Part shown: positions 1 to 8,183 of the stretch, piece by piece | How the letters are laid out: every line of letters starts with the position of its first letter | How positions within the stretch are numbered: position 1 is the stretch's first letter | Virus record (IMG/VR): IMGVR_UViG_3300037792_000015 | Coordinates: 1-36,144 of that record | DNA from: a virus | Lineage: Duplodnaviria; Caudoviricetes | Reading direction: 5' to 3' (one strand) | Length of the DNA: 36,144 bases | The notes under the pieces: generated by a model | What the model saw: the letters and a program-made list of their open reading frames with translations, nothing else | What the model was told of the DNA's origin: nothing | Database searches by the model: none | Position numbers and translations under genes: made by a program

Positions 1-198
1 TCAATCGGACTCCTCCCCGAACAGTGCGTCGCATGTGTTCCTCCCAGCTGGGGAGGGTAGCGGGCGAACTGCCGACGGCGCAAGGATTCTGACGCCGCCA
101 CCGGGCAAAACCTCGACGGCGCCCACATCGAGGCCGCAGGCTTGCCATGCGTCGATCGCATTCTTGATCAGCCGTTCCGTGGTGCGAGAGGGGGGCAT
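1..198 (-). CDS. Small hypothetical phage protein (excisionase position, last gene of leftward operon in window)
   Basis: 65 aa ORF directly abutting the upstream gene; function inferred from position only. Confidence 0.6.
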   Translation of the reverse strand: MPPSRTTERLIKNAIDAWQACGLDVGAVEVLPGGGVRILAPSAVRPLPSPAGRNTCDALFGEESD

Positions 199-450
199 TC
201 AATGGCTCCTGTATTTCGCACCAGAGAACTCGACGGCGCGATCATCCCAGATCGCCTTCACGCCTTTCGCAAAGTTTTCCGGGGTCACGCCCGCCACGAT
301 GGCTGTCACGCAAGCAGCCTCGACCAATGCGGCCACGAACTTATTCGAGTCTTCGCCGATCATGGGAAGCACCGCCTGCCATGCCGCATATGCCTCCGGG
401 TTCATGCTGGCGATCATTGCCGCCGCCTGCTCATCTGTCGGTCGCGTCAC
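199..450 (-). CDS. Hypothetical phage protein
   Basis: 83 aa; ATGA overlap with the MT-A70 gene; SD GAGGAGGA upstream. Confidence 0.75.
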   Translation of the reverse strand: MTRPTDEQAAAMIASMNPEAYAAWQAVLPMIGEDSNKFVAALVEAACVTAIVAGVTPENFAKGVKAIWDDRAVEFSGAKYRSH

Positions 451-1025
451 GCTGCATCCTCCTCAAACTTCTCTGTCTGGTTGCCCCAGACCGTCCATCC
501 CGCGCGCTGCTGGCGGCTGAACAGTTCCAGCCGCTTAGCCTCTGGCATCAGAAGCTCGGCCGCGTGAAACGCTTCGTCTGGCTTGCGGCTGTGCTCGCGC
601 AGCGGCCCCTCGATCACGCTCCTTGTGCTGCGTGTGGTTTTGGGTTGGCCACGGGTGCCGATCAGGAACGGCTCGCCCGCACATCGCAGGATGTAGCCGG
701 TCCCGAATGCCAGCTTGCCGTGGGTGGTGCGCTTCACCCAGTGGCCGGCGGTCTTGAAGGTGAAGCCCCATGCCTGGAGAACCTGCATCGCTTCGGGAAG
801 CATCGGGTTCGTGGCCCAAAGCCAAAGCAGGCAATCATCTGCGGTCAATGCCTCGACCGGCAGATCCTTGATCCAGTCGATTGGGGTGCAATCATACTGC
901 GCCTTCGCATTCTTGGCCTCACCCTTGGCGCTGAAATTGTCGAACGACCAAGGCGGATCGGCCATGATGAGGTCGAAGCCGCCGTGCGGCCGAAGGTCGA
1001 TGAACTGCTGGATGATGCTGGTCAT
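447..1025 (-). CDS. MT-A70 family N6-adenine methyltransferase
   Basis: LIMADPPW catalytic motif, LWLWAT, WVKRT..GK..FGTGY..R..GEPFLIG.RG.P, REHSRKPD, RLELFSR. Confidence 0.93.
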   Translation of the reverse strand: MTSIIQQFIDLRPHGGFDLIMADPPWSFDNFSAKGEAKNAKAQYDCTPIDWIKDLPVEALTADDCLLWLWATNPMLPEAMQVLQAWGFTFKTAGHWVKRTTHGKLAFGTGYILRCAGEPFLIGTRGQPKTTRSTRSVIEGPLREHSRKPDEAFHAAELLMPEAKRLELFSRQQRAGWTVWGNQTEKFEEDAA

Positions 1026-1228
1026 CCCCGCCCCTCCAGCACCACGATCTGCCGCTCTGCATCCTCGACCATCCGCTCAAGGATCACGCGCCCGATCTCC
1101 TGCATCAGTTCCTGCTGCTCGGCGGTCTTGACGGCCGCCCGCAGGCGCTGCGCTTCGTCGTGGCATCCGGCCTTGCGCAGACGTAGGGCGAGGGTCAGCG
1201 CGCGGGTTTGGGTGTCGGGGGTGGTCAT
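1022..1228 (-). CDS. Hypothetical phage protein
   Basis: 68 aa; ATGA overlaps on both sides. Confidence 0.7.
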   Translation of the reverse strand: MTTPDTQTRALTLALRLRKAGCHDEAQRLRAAVKTAEQQELMQEIGRVILERMVEDAERQIVVLEGRG

Positions 1229-1719
1229 GTGCGGGCCTCGTCGGCGAGGGCGGCGCGGGCTTGGTGTATTAGCCTTGGCGAAAATCTGACATAAGCTTCG
1301 CCCATTGGGTGCTTTTCAGCAAACGGGCGCAACGCATCCTTAAGCTCCGCAAGGCGGGTGCGTAGGGCGGTGATTTCGTCACTCATGCCAGCAGTCATAT
1401 TGTCGATCTGGGAAATGACGCCTGTGACGGTATCAAGCGGCTCCCACTGCGGGGCATCCTCCTGATAGTGTTTGTGGTGAAGCGCGCGGGCCAAACCCAC
1501 TGCCTCCCGCACCGCATCGTCAACAGGCGCATAGGCAACGGCATCATCGGGGTAGCGCGTCGTGGCCCATGTTCCCGTGTGATCGAGGCTTGGGTTGCCA
1601 CGCCAGACCATGATTTTATCTGGCAAAGCGCGGTCAGGCACGACACCCTCTGGCAATCTGTTCTGACACCCGCACATTTCATTGCTGCCTCGGCAGGGGC
1701 ACTGCTTCACATCATCCAT
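1225..1719 (-). CDS. Hypothetical phage protein (N-terminal Cys cluster, C-terminal coiled coil)
   Basis: 164 aa; SD GAGGAAG; overlaps both neighbours; CPC..CGC near N-terminus. Confidence 0.7.
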   Translation of the reverse strand: MDDVKQCPCRGSNEMCGCQNRLPEGVVPDRALPDKIMVWRGNPSLDHTGTWATTRYPDDAVAYAPVDDAVREAVGLARALHHKHYQEDAPQWEPLDTVTGVISQIDNMTAGMSDEITALRTRLAELKDALRPFAEKHPMGEAYVRFSPRLIHQARAALADEART

Positions 1720-2176
1720 CGCTTTCTTCCTCGCTCACAAACAAGCGCTCGATGCTGACACACCCAACTGATCCGCCCATCTTGTGCATTTCAAACTGCT
1801 CTTTGATTTTTGCGTCGGACCAATCTGCCGTTGGGGTAATCCGGCAGACGGTTACCAAGTAATTCACCATCGCGCCGCGCTCGGTGGAGCAGACTGTGTC
1901 TGGGAATGGGAAGCCCCTGCGATCAAGGTAAGCCATGCCGACTGTGTTGTCGGGGCGCGAAACAAAGCATTCGAGGGGCAGTTCGGTGCGGCGGTTCCAG
2001 TTTGCCACAAGGTTTTCCTTGAACCCAAACTCCACGTTGGATGATGCTTGGCAGTCGGTGCAGCAGATCACATCGCCCCCAAGGTTTTCATCATCTTCGA
2101 GTGTGAAACGCTCGGCCTCACCCCCGCAGAACGGGCATGGCAGCAGCTCCTGCGCTGTGTCCGTGCTGTCGCTCAT
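1712..2176 (-). CDS. Lar family restriction-alleviation protein with C-terminal extension
   Basis: LLPCPFCGGEA ... ICCTDCQAS ... NWNRR zinc-ribbon signature. Confidence 0.82.
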   Translation of the reverse strand: MSDSTDTAQELLPCPFCGGEAERFTLEDDENLGGDVICCTDCQASSNVEFGFKENLVANWNRRTELPLECFVSRPDNTVGMAYLDRRGFPFPDTVCSTERGAMVNYLVTVCRITPTADWSDAKIKEQFEMHKMGGSVGCVSIERLFVSEEESDG

Positions 2177-2394
2177 GGGTTACTCCTCGCCGCCTCGAAT
2201 CCTGCCGCAAACGCAGCCCAAAGTGCGCCTTCAAGGTGGGGGTGCTGAATCAAGATGCGCCCTTCGTCTGGCTCCGACTTCAAATCAAAACGTGCCGCCC
2301 AAAGCTCCGAGTTCTTAGCCTCTTCGGTTTCGCGATAGGCATTCCATGCAGCCAGGAGCGGGTGCCCCTTTGGCAGTGGTGCTGATGTGGTCAT
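2173..2394 (-). CDS. Hypothetical phage protein, 73 aa (MTTSAPLPKG...)
   Basis: Start reassigned to ATG 2394: ATGA overlap with upstream stop, SD AAGGAG. Confidence 0.7.
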   Translation of the reverse strand: MTTSAPLPKGHPLLAAWNAYRETEEAKNSELWAARFDLKSEPDEGRILIQHPHLEGALWAAFAAGFEAARSNP

Positions 2395-2555
2395 TCTGTT
2401 GTCTCCTTCTCCCACGGCATCGGTTTCAACTTCACCGGCGTGTCTCGCTTCGACAGGCTCTTCTTCTGCGCTGCTGCCGCGCGCTCCGGCAGGGTCTGGG
2501 CGCGGCTGTTGCTGGGGTCTTTCGACAGCTTGCATGGGGGCAGGGTGCGGATCAT
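2391..2555 (-). CDS. 54 aa hypothetical protein (paralog of 3513..3677)
   Basis: ATGA overlaps at both ends; ends RDTPVKLKPMPWEKETTE. Confidence 0.65.
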   Translation of the reverse strand: MIRTLPPCKLSKDPSNSRAQTLPERAAAAQKKSLSKRDTPVKLKPMPWEKETTE

Positions 2556-3520
2556 TGCATACCCCCCGGCATCTGGTCCCATGTGCGCCCGTCCAGCAGG
2601 CGACCGGCGCGCTTCTTTCCGACCTTGAAAAGGTCCGGTTCATCGTCCCGGTGCATCTCCATGGATGCCGATGGCGTGATGCAGTCAAAGGACCATTCGT
2701 TATTCCACCACGTCGCGACATGCTCGCTCCGAGTGGGAATGTGATTGCAGCTCTCCCCTGGCGCCCACTCGCCCCACTGCTTGAAGTGGAAGGCAACCCC
2801 GGCTTTGATGCACTGATCCCGTAGGTGTCGTGCCCAATCAGGGTGCATCGGACGCGCGCCGGAGCCGCTCTCGCCGCCGCAGATCACAAGGTCGAGGCCA
2901 TCGGAAATTGGGCCATGCCGCTCCATCACGCCAGCCAGAGCGTCGAACCAAAGGCCATCAATGTGAAGGCAGGTCAGGTCCACCGGCCCCAGCAGCGGCT
3001 CGCAGGACAGGAACCGGACAGCAGCAGGCACCGCCAGCAGGTGCGGGATGCGCCTGTCAGCCTCGGTCTGGTTCTCCACTGTGGTGCCAAGCCAGACATT
3101 GGGCCAGCCGTCGCCCCATGCGGGCAGATCGCCATATTCCTCTGGCCGCAGAAAGCGCGCGATATTCTGCGGCCGCTTGGTCAGCAGCATCCAGTCGAGA
3201 TGAGGGGTGCGGTGGATAAGGTGCCACAGGTCGCCGCGCCAGCCGCTGGTGATCGAGCGATCATTGTCGAAGACATCTGCGAGACTGGCGCAGAAGACCC
3301 GCGTGCGCTTGCCCGTCGCCTGCGCCGCCTTGTTCCATGCCAAGGGCTTGCGCCAGTTCGCGGCACTGGTGCGGCGGCGGACGTGCGGGCCCCACGAATG
3401 ACCGAAGCGCGCATCGAACTTCTCGGCATAGCAGTTCTCACAGGCGGCGCTGACCTTGGTGCAGCCGATCCATGGATTAAAACTGTGATCCGTCCATTCG
3501 ATGTTGCTGTTCTCAACCAT
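2552..3520 (-). CDS. Phage Gp37/Gp68 family (DUF5131) radical-SAM-like protein
   Basis: IEWTDHSFNPWIGCTKVSAACENCYA, FCASLADVF, LLTKRP, NVWLGTTVENQ, FLSCEPLLGPVDL, VICGGESG..ARPMHPDW, FHFKQWGEW. Confidence 0.93.
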   Translation of the reverse strand: MVENSNIEWTDHSFNPWIGCTKVSAACENCYAEKFDARFGHSWGPHVRRRTSAANWRKPLAWNKAAQATGKRTRVFCASLADVFDNDRSITSGWRGDLWHLIHRTPHLDWMLLTKRPQNIARFLRPEEYGDLPAWGDGWPNVWLGTTVENQTEADRRIPHLLAVPAAVRFLSCEPLLGPVDLTCLHIDGLWFDALAGVMERHGPISDGLDLVICGGESGSGARPMHPDWARHLRDQCIKAGVAFHFKQWGEWAPGESCNHIPTRSEHVATWWNNEWSFDCITPSASMEMHRDDEPDLFKVGKKRAGRLLDGRTWDQMPGGMQ

Positions 3521-3677
3521 CGGCCTGTTCCTTCTCCCAAGGCGCTTTCGCCAGCGTCACCGGCACATCACGCGCCGCATCGCTTACCTTCTGCATGGTG
3601 CGGATCGCCTCGCCCTTGGTGCGCGGGTTCTTGGGCGGACGGTGGATGCTGGCGGGGGTGTGGAGGGGTGGGGTCAT
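3513..3677 (-). CDS. 54 aa hypothetical protein, absent from the ORF track (paralog of 2391..2555)
   Basis: Translated by hand: MTPPLHTPASIHRPPKNPRTKGEAIRTMQKVSDAARDVPVTLAKAPWEKEQADG; ATGA overlap with DUF4031 stop; fills the operon gap exactly. Confidence 0.65.
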   Translation of the reverse strand: MTPPLHTPASIHRPPKNPRTKGEAIRTMQKVSDAARDVPVTLAKAPWEKEQADG

Positions 3678-3934
3678 GCTGCCCCCCTGCGCTCACGCAG
3701 GATGCGCCCCAGCTGCAATCGAGTGACTTCAACTGCACCGGCCTCCACGGCCAGCTTCCGTTTCGACATGGCGATATCGAAGTGCTCATGATTTGTGCCG
3801 GCATGTTGAACCCACTTGCGGTCCACGCCGATCAGATCAGCCATCGCCATCAGCTCATCGGTGGTGTCCGCAATCATGTGGCACATCTTCATCCGCCCGA
3901 AGCTGGCCTTCATGTCGTCAACGTAGACAGTCAT
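3674..3934 (-). CDS. DUF4031 family protein
   Basis: MTVYVDD...CHMIADT.DELMAMA..IG..RKW.Q......HFDI...KR..AV.AGA; start set at ATG 3934 (ATGA overlap). Confidence 0.85.
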   Translation of the reverse strand: MTVYVDDMKASFGRMKMCHMIADTTDELMAMADLIGVDRKWVQHAGTNHEHFDIAMSKRKLAVEAGAVEVTRLQLGRILRERRGAA

Positions 3935-4590
3935 GCCTTCATCCTTTCCTGTTGATCGGCCCATCCGCCCCATTGCTCCGCCATCGCATCGGCCAAGCCG
4001 GGGAAGAACCGGCTGCGGCGCTCGGCGCGGTCAGGGCCGGGGCTTGCCTTGTGGATTTCATCGCGGGCGGTGGACCCGTCCAGCGTCCCGGTGGGCGCTA
4101 GCGCGGGCAGGCCGCGCAGCCACAGGCATGTCCGCTTCTTCACGTTGTCCGGGCCGTCCGGGTCAGTGCCGAACTGCCACGGCTGGACGCTCTGCGTTTG
4201 CGGCTGGAAGTTGACGATCCGCTCTTTCGCGTGGCGGTGCATCACGGGGTTCTCGATGGCGACCCGCTCAATCGGTGCATTCCAGCAATCCGAGAACAGG
4301 GCCGCGCCTGCGTCCAGCTCCGCCCACATCTCGGGCAGTGTGCGACCCGGTGGCGGGACATGCAGCCAGCGGACACCGCTATTCGTCAGGCGGGTGCAGG
4401 GCGGGTGCATCACGGCCAGCATATCCCAGCCCTCGGCCAGATAGTCGCGGATGTCGCCCACGATGTGGCGGTTGCTGCGATCCTCGGCGGGTTTCAGATC
4501 GACCGACCACACGTCATGTCCACGGGCGGCAAAGGCCCGGCGCACGATGCCACTACACTCGCAGCCAATGAGGATGCGCATAGGGGTCAT
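3931..4590 (-). CDS. Short DNA (cytosine-5) methyltransferase-like protein
   Basis: HPPCT (motif IV-like), IENP (motif VI-like), atypical motif I ILIGCECSG, KKRTCLW; 219 aa from ATG 4590. Confidence 0.72.
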   Translation of the reverse strand: MTPMRILIGCECSGIVRRAFAARGHDVWSVDLKPAEDRSNRHIVGDIRDYLAEGWDMLAVMHPPCTRLTNSGVRWLHVPPPGRTLPEMWAELDAGAALFSDCWNAPIERVAIENPVMHRHAKERIVNFQPQTQSVQPWQFGTDPDGPDNVKKRTCLWLRGLPALAPTGTLDGSTARDEIHKASPGPDRAERRSRFFPGLADAMAEQWGGWADQQERMKA

Positions 4591-4859
4591 TGGCGCGTCA
4601 CCTTCGGCACCTCGACCTCGAAGTCGCATTCATCGACATCCATAAGCAGGACGCCCGCCATGCCCTCGGCCAGATCCTCGGTCATCCCCTCATTGAAGAG
4701 GCAGTTGAAGCCTGTGACGCCCTTGTGGTCAGCCGCCCATGTCACAGCTGCCGCAGTGAGGATCACGCCTCTCTCTTCGGCAGCGGACAAAAGCGCGGCG
4801 GCGAGCGCCTCCCACGCGATCTGAACCTCTGGCGTCATGATGTCTGGGAAGTCGCTCAT
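4587..4859 (-). CDS. Hypothetical acidic phage protein
   Basis: 90 aa; ATGA overlaps on both sides. Confidence 0.72.
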   Translation of the reverse strand: MSDFPDIMTPEVQIAWEALAAALLSAAEERGVILTAAAVTWAADHKGVTGFNCLFNEGMTEDLAEGMAGVLLMDVDECDFEVEVPKVTRQ

Positions 4860-5689
4860 GCCGCCACCGCCTTGACCGCTTCGCGCAGGTTGATCGCGAA
4901 CATCTTGCGGTAAAGAACTTTTGGGCTGCCCTCGATCTGGCCATTGGCCAGCGCCTTGTCCACCAGTTTCATCACCTTGAAGGGGTCGCGCTTGTTCAGC
5001 TCGGCGACCAGGTCGAGGGTCAGGAAGTCAGGCGAGTCCGTCAGTGCGAAGATCCACGGGCGCAGGACATAGTCCGAATAGAGCGCGACCCGGCCCTCGG
5101 TGTCATACTGCCGGATCGCGCCAAGACCGATGCGCAGCTGTTCTGCATGGCCCAGCTTCACCAGATCCCGGATCAGGCCGATGCAGTAGACCTGACCAGC
5201 CTGCTTGTTCTTGCTGGTCGAATTGTATGTCATCAGCTTGCACCCCGCCGCCCGCACCGAAGCGTCAGCGGTAACGGCCCAAGCCTCACCAGCCGCCAGC
5301 GCGGCCTTGTAGATGTGATGCGGGGTGATCTTGACCACAGCCGAGTTCACCCAAGAGAAGGCGCGGGCCTGCTCCGAGCTGTCGATCGGCACGATCATCG
5401 CGGGCACCGTCTCGAAACCGCAGATCGCCGCCGCGTGGACACGGTGCTGGCCGTCGATCACTGCATAGAAGCCGCCTGACAGCGGGGCCAGCAGCACGGG
5501 CGAAAACCGCGACCAGTGGAAGTCGGCCGCGATCTTGCGAATGGCCGTCCAGTTGCCGGGTGTCAGGTCGCGCTGGTAGGTTTCGTCGATCACCATCCGG
5601 TCGATCCGCACCCAGTCCAGCATCGGGGCAGGCTGATCTGCCGGGATCTGGGGTGTTTCCTTCGAGACTTCGATCTTGCGATAGGTCAT
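4856..5689 (-). CDS. ParB/Srx-like N-terminal domain protein (DUF6551-like)
   Basis: IDETYQRDL, F.WSRFSPVLLA, YAVIDGQHRVHAA, EQARAFSWVN. Confidence 0.85.
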   Translation of the reverse strand: MTYRKIEVSKETPQIPADQPAPMLDWVRIDRMVIDETYQRDLTPGNWTAIRKIAADFHWSRFSPVLLAPLSGGFYAVIDGQHRVHAAAICGFETVPAMIVPIDSSEQARAFSWVNSAVVKITPHHIYKAALAAGEAWAVTADASVRAAGCKLMTYNSTSKNKQAGQVYCIGLIRDLVKLGHAEQLRIGLGAIRQYDTEGRVALYSDYVLRPWIFALTDSPDFLTLDLVAELNKRDPFKVMKLVDKALANGQIEGSPKVLYRKMFAINLREAVKAVAA

Positions 5690-5690
5690 G

Positions 5691-5849
5691 TCACTGCACT
5701 CCCAAGCTGAGAACCACGGCCATGCAGAAAGACGCGAAGACTATCCCCGCGATTAGCAACCAGCTGTAGATCCGGTCAGCCGCGCGGTCGGCGCGCATCT
5801 GGCGGGCGTTGAATTCGGTGAACAGGCGGTCGAAGTTGGGGGGTGTCAT
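5691..5849 (-). CDS. 52 aa small membrane protein, absent from the ORF track
   Basis: MTPPNFDRLFTEFNARQMRADRAADRIYSWLLIAGIVFASFCMAVVLSLGVQ; ATGA overlap; C-terminal hydrophobic helix. Confidence 0.6.
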   Translation of the reverse strand: MTPPNFDRLFTEFNARQMRADRAADRIYSWLLIAGIVFASFCMAVVLSLGVQ

Positions 5850-6052
5850 GCTTTTACCACGGGGTTGGCCAGTGCAAATTCGAGGCTGCGGAGCATGTCG
5901 CTGGTCGTGCTAAATGCGCCAAGAACTTTCGGGCCAGTGTCATATTCATCGCGCTTTTCGCTGATGATCCATCCGCCATTCGGTGCAGGCGTCAGGATCA
6001 GATCGGAGCTGGTGGAAAAGGGGCCGATTGGCTCAGGCAGCTTAGAGGTCAT
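5846..6052 (-). CDS. Hypothetical phage protein, 68 aa
   Basis: Start at ATG 6052 (MTSKLPEP); ATGA overlap; SD GGAGG. Confidence 0.68.
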   Translation of the reverse strand: MTSKLPEPIGPFSTSSDLILTPAPNGGWIISEKRDEYDTGPKVLGAFSTTSDMLRSLEFALANPVVKA

Positions 6053-6351
6053 GCCTCGCCCTCCACCAGCTCGCACCAGTGGCGCAGGGCTGCGTCTATC
6101 GTCGGGCCGGTGCCCTCGACGCCAAGCGCGGTGACAGTCAGGTGTGCCGGGTGATCGGCGATCCTGCCGCGCTCAAGTGTTGCCTGACCAATCCGGTTTT
6201 CAGATAGCTCATTCAGAAGTTTTAGTGATGTCGTTCCGATGTAGAGCTGATGCCGAATATAGCTGGCCGCCATCTTGCGGATCAGCTTGTTCCGCAGCAC
6301 CGGGTCGCCGTTCTCGACGCTGTGGGCGAATGGGGTCGCTTGATCATCCAT
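6049..6351 (-). CDS. Hypothetical phage protein
   Basis: 100 aa; TGATG coupling to upstream small ORF; SD GGAG. Confidence 0.68.
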   Translation of the reverse strand: MDDQATPFAHSVENGDPVLRNKLIRKMAASYIRHQLYIGTTSLKLLNELSENRIGQATLERGRIADHPAHLTVTALGVEGTGPTIDAALRHWCELVEGEA

Positions 6352-6476
6352 CAGCAGGCTCCGCAGCTATGCGTGAGCTGGTGGCGGGTCGCCTTGCTCC
6401 ACGCGGTTTCTGTCAGGGCCGCGCCGAAGAGGCTGGCCGCGAGGATCAAGGGGAGTGTCAGGGCGAGGCGGATCAT
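6351..6476 (-). CDS. 41 aa signal-peptide-like small protein, absent from the ORF track
   Basis: MIRLALTLPLILAASLFGAALTETAWSKATRHQLTHSCGAC; coupled to both neighbours. Confidence 0.55.
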   Translation of the reverse strand: MIRLALTLPLILAASLFGAALTETAWSKATRHQLTHSCGAC

Positions 6477-7378
6477 GCGTCACCGCCCGGTTCTTCCAGT
6501 CGAAAACCGGCTGCATTCCTGTGACCGCCACCGCCGCGCGCCTTTGCAATGGAAGAGACATCCTCACGCTCGTCGGAGCTGCGTAGGGAGTATGTGACAC
6601 CGCCGTGAGCTACTACACAGGCCGCAGAGAAAGGCGCGCTCGGATGTTTGGCTAGAAGCCGGTGGCAGACGTCGCTAACGAAAGCGTAAGGAACGTGCGC
6701 AACTGGAACGCCGTCAAATCCTGCAAATGTCTGCACGATGGCGGAGTCCGCCATTTCTTCGACCCGAGCATCATAGAAGCGCTGTATGTGGCTGCCTATT
6801 CCGACTGCCGCATCCAGATCGGCGGCGATCAGAGAGGCGACAAGGTGCCAGCTTGAGAAATCGTGAGATGTCGATTGCAGAAGCATTCTGACAGGCTTCG
6901 TTTGTGGAAAGCGAAACCGCCATAGATCGCGATCCTCTACCAAATTCACCAGAATATGCGGCTGCTCGCCCGGGAACGCAAAATTCCACGCCATTCGAGC
7001 GCCGCTGCGCTCCATGTCAAATTCAACAAGTATTCGGCTGCGTGGCCCGCCGGACATTCGCGCAAAGAAGCGCAAGATGTTCTGATAATCGGGTCGCACA
7101 ATCTGGTTCAGCCCAGATAGCGCGTTCTGCGCAGTTTTGTGGTGGTCCAGGACCAACACTGTCTGGGCGGATTCCGCGATCAACTCCAACTGTTCGGCGG
7201 GCCATGAGAAGTCCACGATCAGCACGTGTTTGTCTGCCACATCTTCTGGCGGCGTGTTGCCGTATTGGACCGGGCGAAACTCACATTCGGGCCAGCGCTG
7301 CCAGATCGCCCACGCGGCTGTAAACCCGTCGTCGCAGCTTGCGTGATAGAGGCAAAGGTCTGGGGTGTAGTCGCTCAT
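6473..7378 (-). CDS. DHH/DHHA1 family phosphoesterase
   Basis: YHASCDDGF, IVDFS, LDHHKT, DMERSGA, EDRDLW, YSLRS, GGGGHRNAAGF. Confidence 0.92.
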   Translation of the reverse strand: MSDYTPDLCLYHASCDDGFTAAWAIWQRWPECEFRPVQYGNTPPEDVADKHVLIVDFSWPAEQLELIAESAQTVLVLDHHKTAQNALSGLNQIVRPDYQNILRFFARMSGGPRSRILVEFDMERSGARMAWNFAFPGEQPHILVNLVEDRDLWRFRFPQTKPVRMLLQSTSHDFSSWHLVASLIAADLDAAVGIGSHIQRFYDARVEEMADSAIVQTFAGFDGVPVAHVPYAFVSDVCHRLLAKHPSAPFSAACVVAHGGVTYSLRSSDEREDVSSIAKARGGGGHRNAAGFRLEEPGGDA

Positions 7379-7644
7379 GCTGCTTCCTCCACATATTTCT
7401 CGGCGCGCAGTGCGGCTTTGATCCAGTTCGCCACGGCGGCCTCGGTGGTGTCGCCGGTGTGGCTGATGCTGAGAAGGCTCAGCTCGGCGTAGTGCGGACC
7501 CCAGTTGCCGCTGGCCATCGCCGGGACGAAGGTTCCGCCGTGCTGGATCACGGCCTCTTGCGCGGCTTTGGTGCGATCATCGCCGGTCAGGGTGGCGAAA
7601 TGGCGGGCGAGTTGCGCCGCGCAGGTGTGCTGGCAGGAGGTCAT
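7375..7644 (-). CDS. Hypothetical phage protein, 89 aa
   Basis: Start at ATG 7644 (MTSCQHTC); ATGA overlaps. Confidence 0.7.
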   Translation of the reverse strand: MTSCQHTCAAQLARHFATLTGDDRTKAAQEAVIQHGGTFVPAMASGNWGPHYAELSLLSISHTGDTTEAAVANWIKAALRAEKYVEEAA

Positions 7645-7856
7645 TCTTCCCCCCAATACGACATGTCGCTCTCGGCGCAGGCCTCTGGGCCTTCCTCGCG
7701 GTAAAGCTGATCAGAATACGCAGCCTCAGCACATTCCTTCGCATATTCTTCGACAGACGCGCCGTCTTCAAAATGGGTGAAGCCCGCCGTTTTCAGCGTG
7801 TGCTCCACATAGGCTGCAACCCACTGATCCTTGTTCATTTCGGACACGACGCTCAT
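7641..7856 (-). CDS. Hypothetical acidic phage protein, 71 aa
   Basis: Start reassigned to ATG 7856 (MSVVSEMNKD...); ATGA overlap; Glu/Asp-rich. Confidence 0.68.
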   Translation of the reverse strand: MSVVSEMNKDQWVAAYVEHTLKTAGFTHFEDGASVEEYAKECAEAAYSDQLYREEGPEACAESDMSYWGEE

Positions 7857-8170
7857 GCCACATCCCCCGATCCCGGCCACGGTGTGTTGACCAGCGGGAT
7901 GCGCTTGGCGGCGGCATGGGCGCGCAGACGGGCCAGACAGCCGCGCGACATGCCCGCGATGCCGGTGCCCGGCTCGGCGCTGTTCTCGACCTGGTGAATG
8001 GCGGGACCGATCCGGCGGAAATCCACGGATTCGCCGCGGGCCGCTTTCAAGGTTTCCCATGCCGTCTGGAAGTGCTGCGGGCTGTCGCAGAAATGTGCCG
8101 GGTTTGTGATGACCGACAGCGCTGTGGTGATCTGGTGGCGCGTGACCGCCTGGTGAATGTGGTGGGCCAT
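7853..8170 (-). CDS. Hypothetical protein, first gene of leftward early operon
   Basis: 105 aa; strong SD AAAGGAG; directly downstream of pL/oL. Confidence 0.75.
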   Translation of the reverse strand: MAHHIHQAVTRHQITTALSVITNPAHFCDSPQHFQTAWETLKAARGESVDFRRIGPAIHQVENSAEPGTGIAGMSRGCLARLRAHAAAKRIPLVNTPWPGSGDVA

Positions 8171-8183
8171 AGGGTGTGCTCCT

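Noticed and set aside
327-4824. Long plus-strand ORFs (327..1289, 2825..3955, 4198..4824)
   Set aside because: Antisense to well-supported coupled minus-strand genes; no recognisable domains
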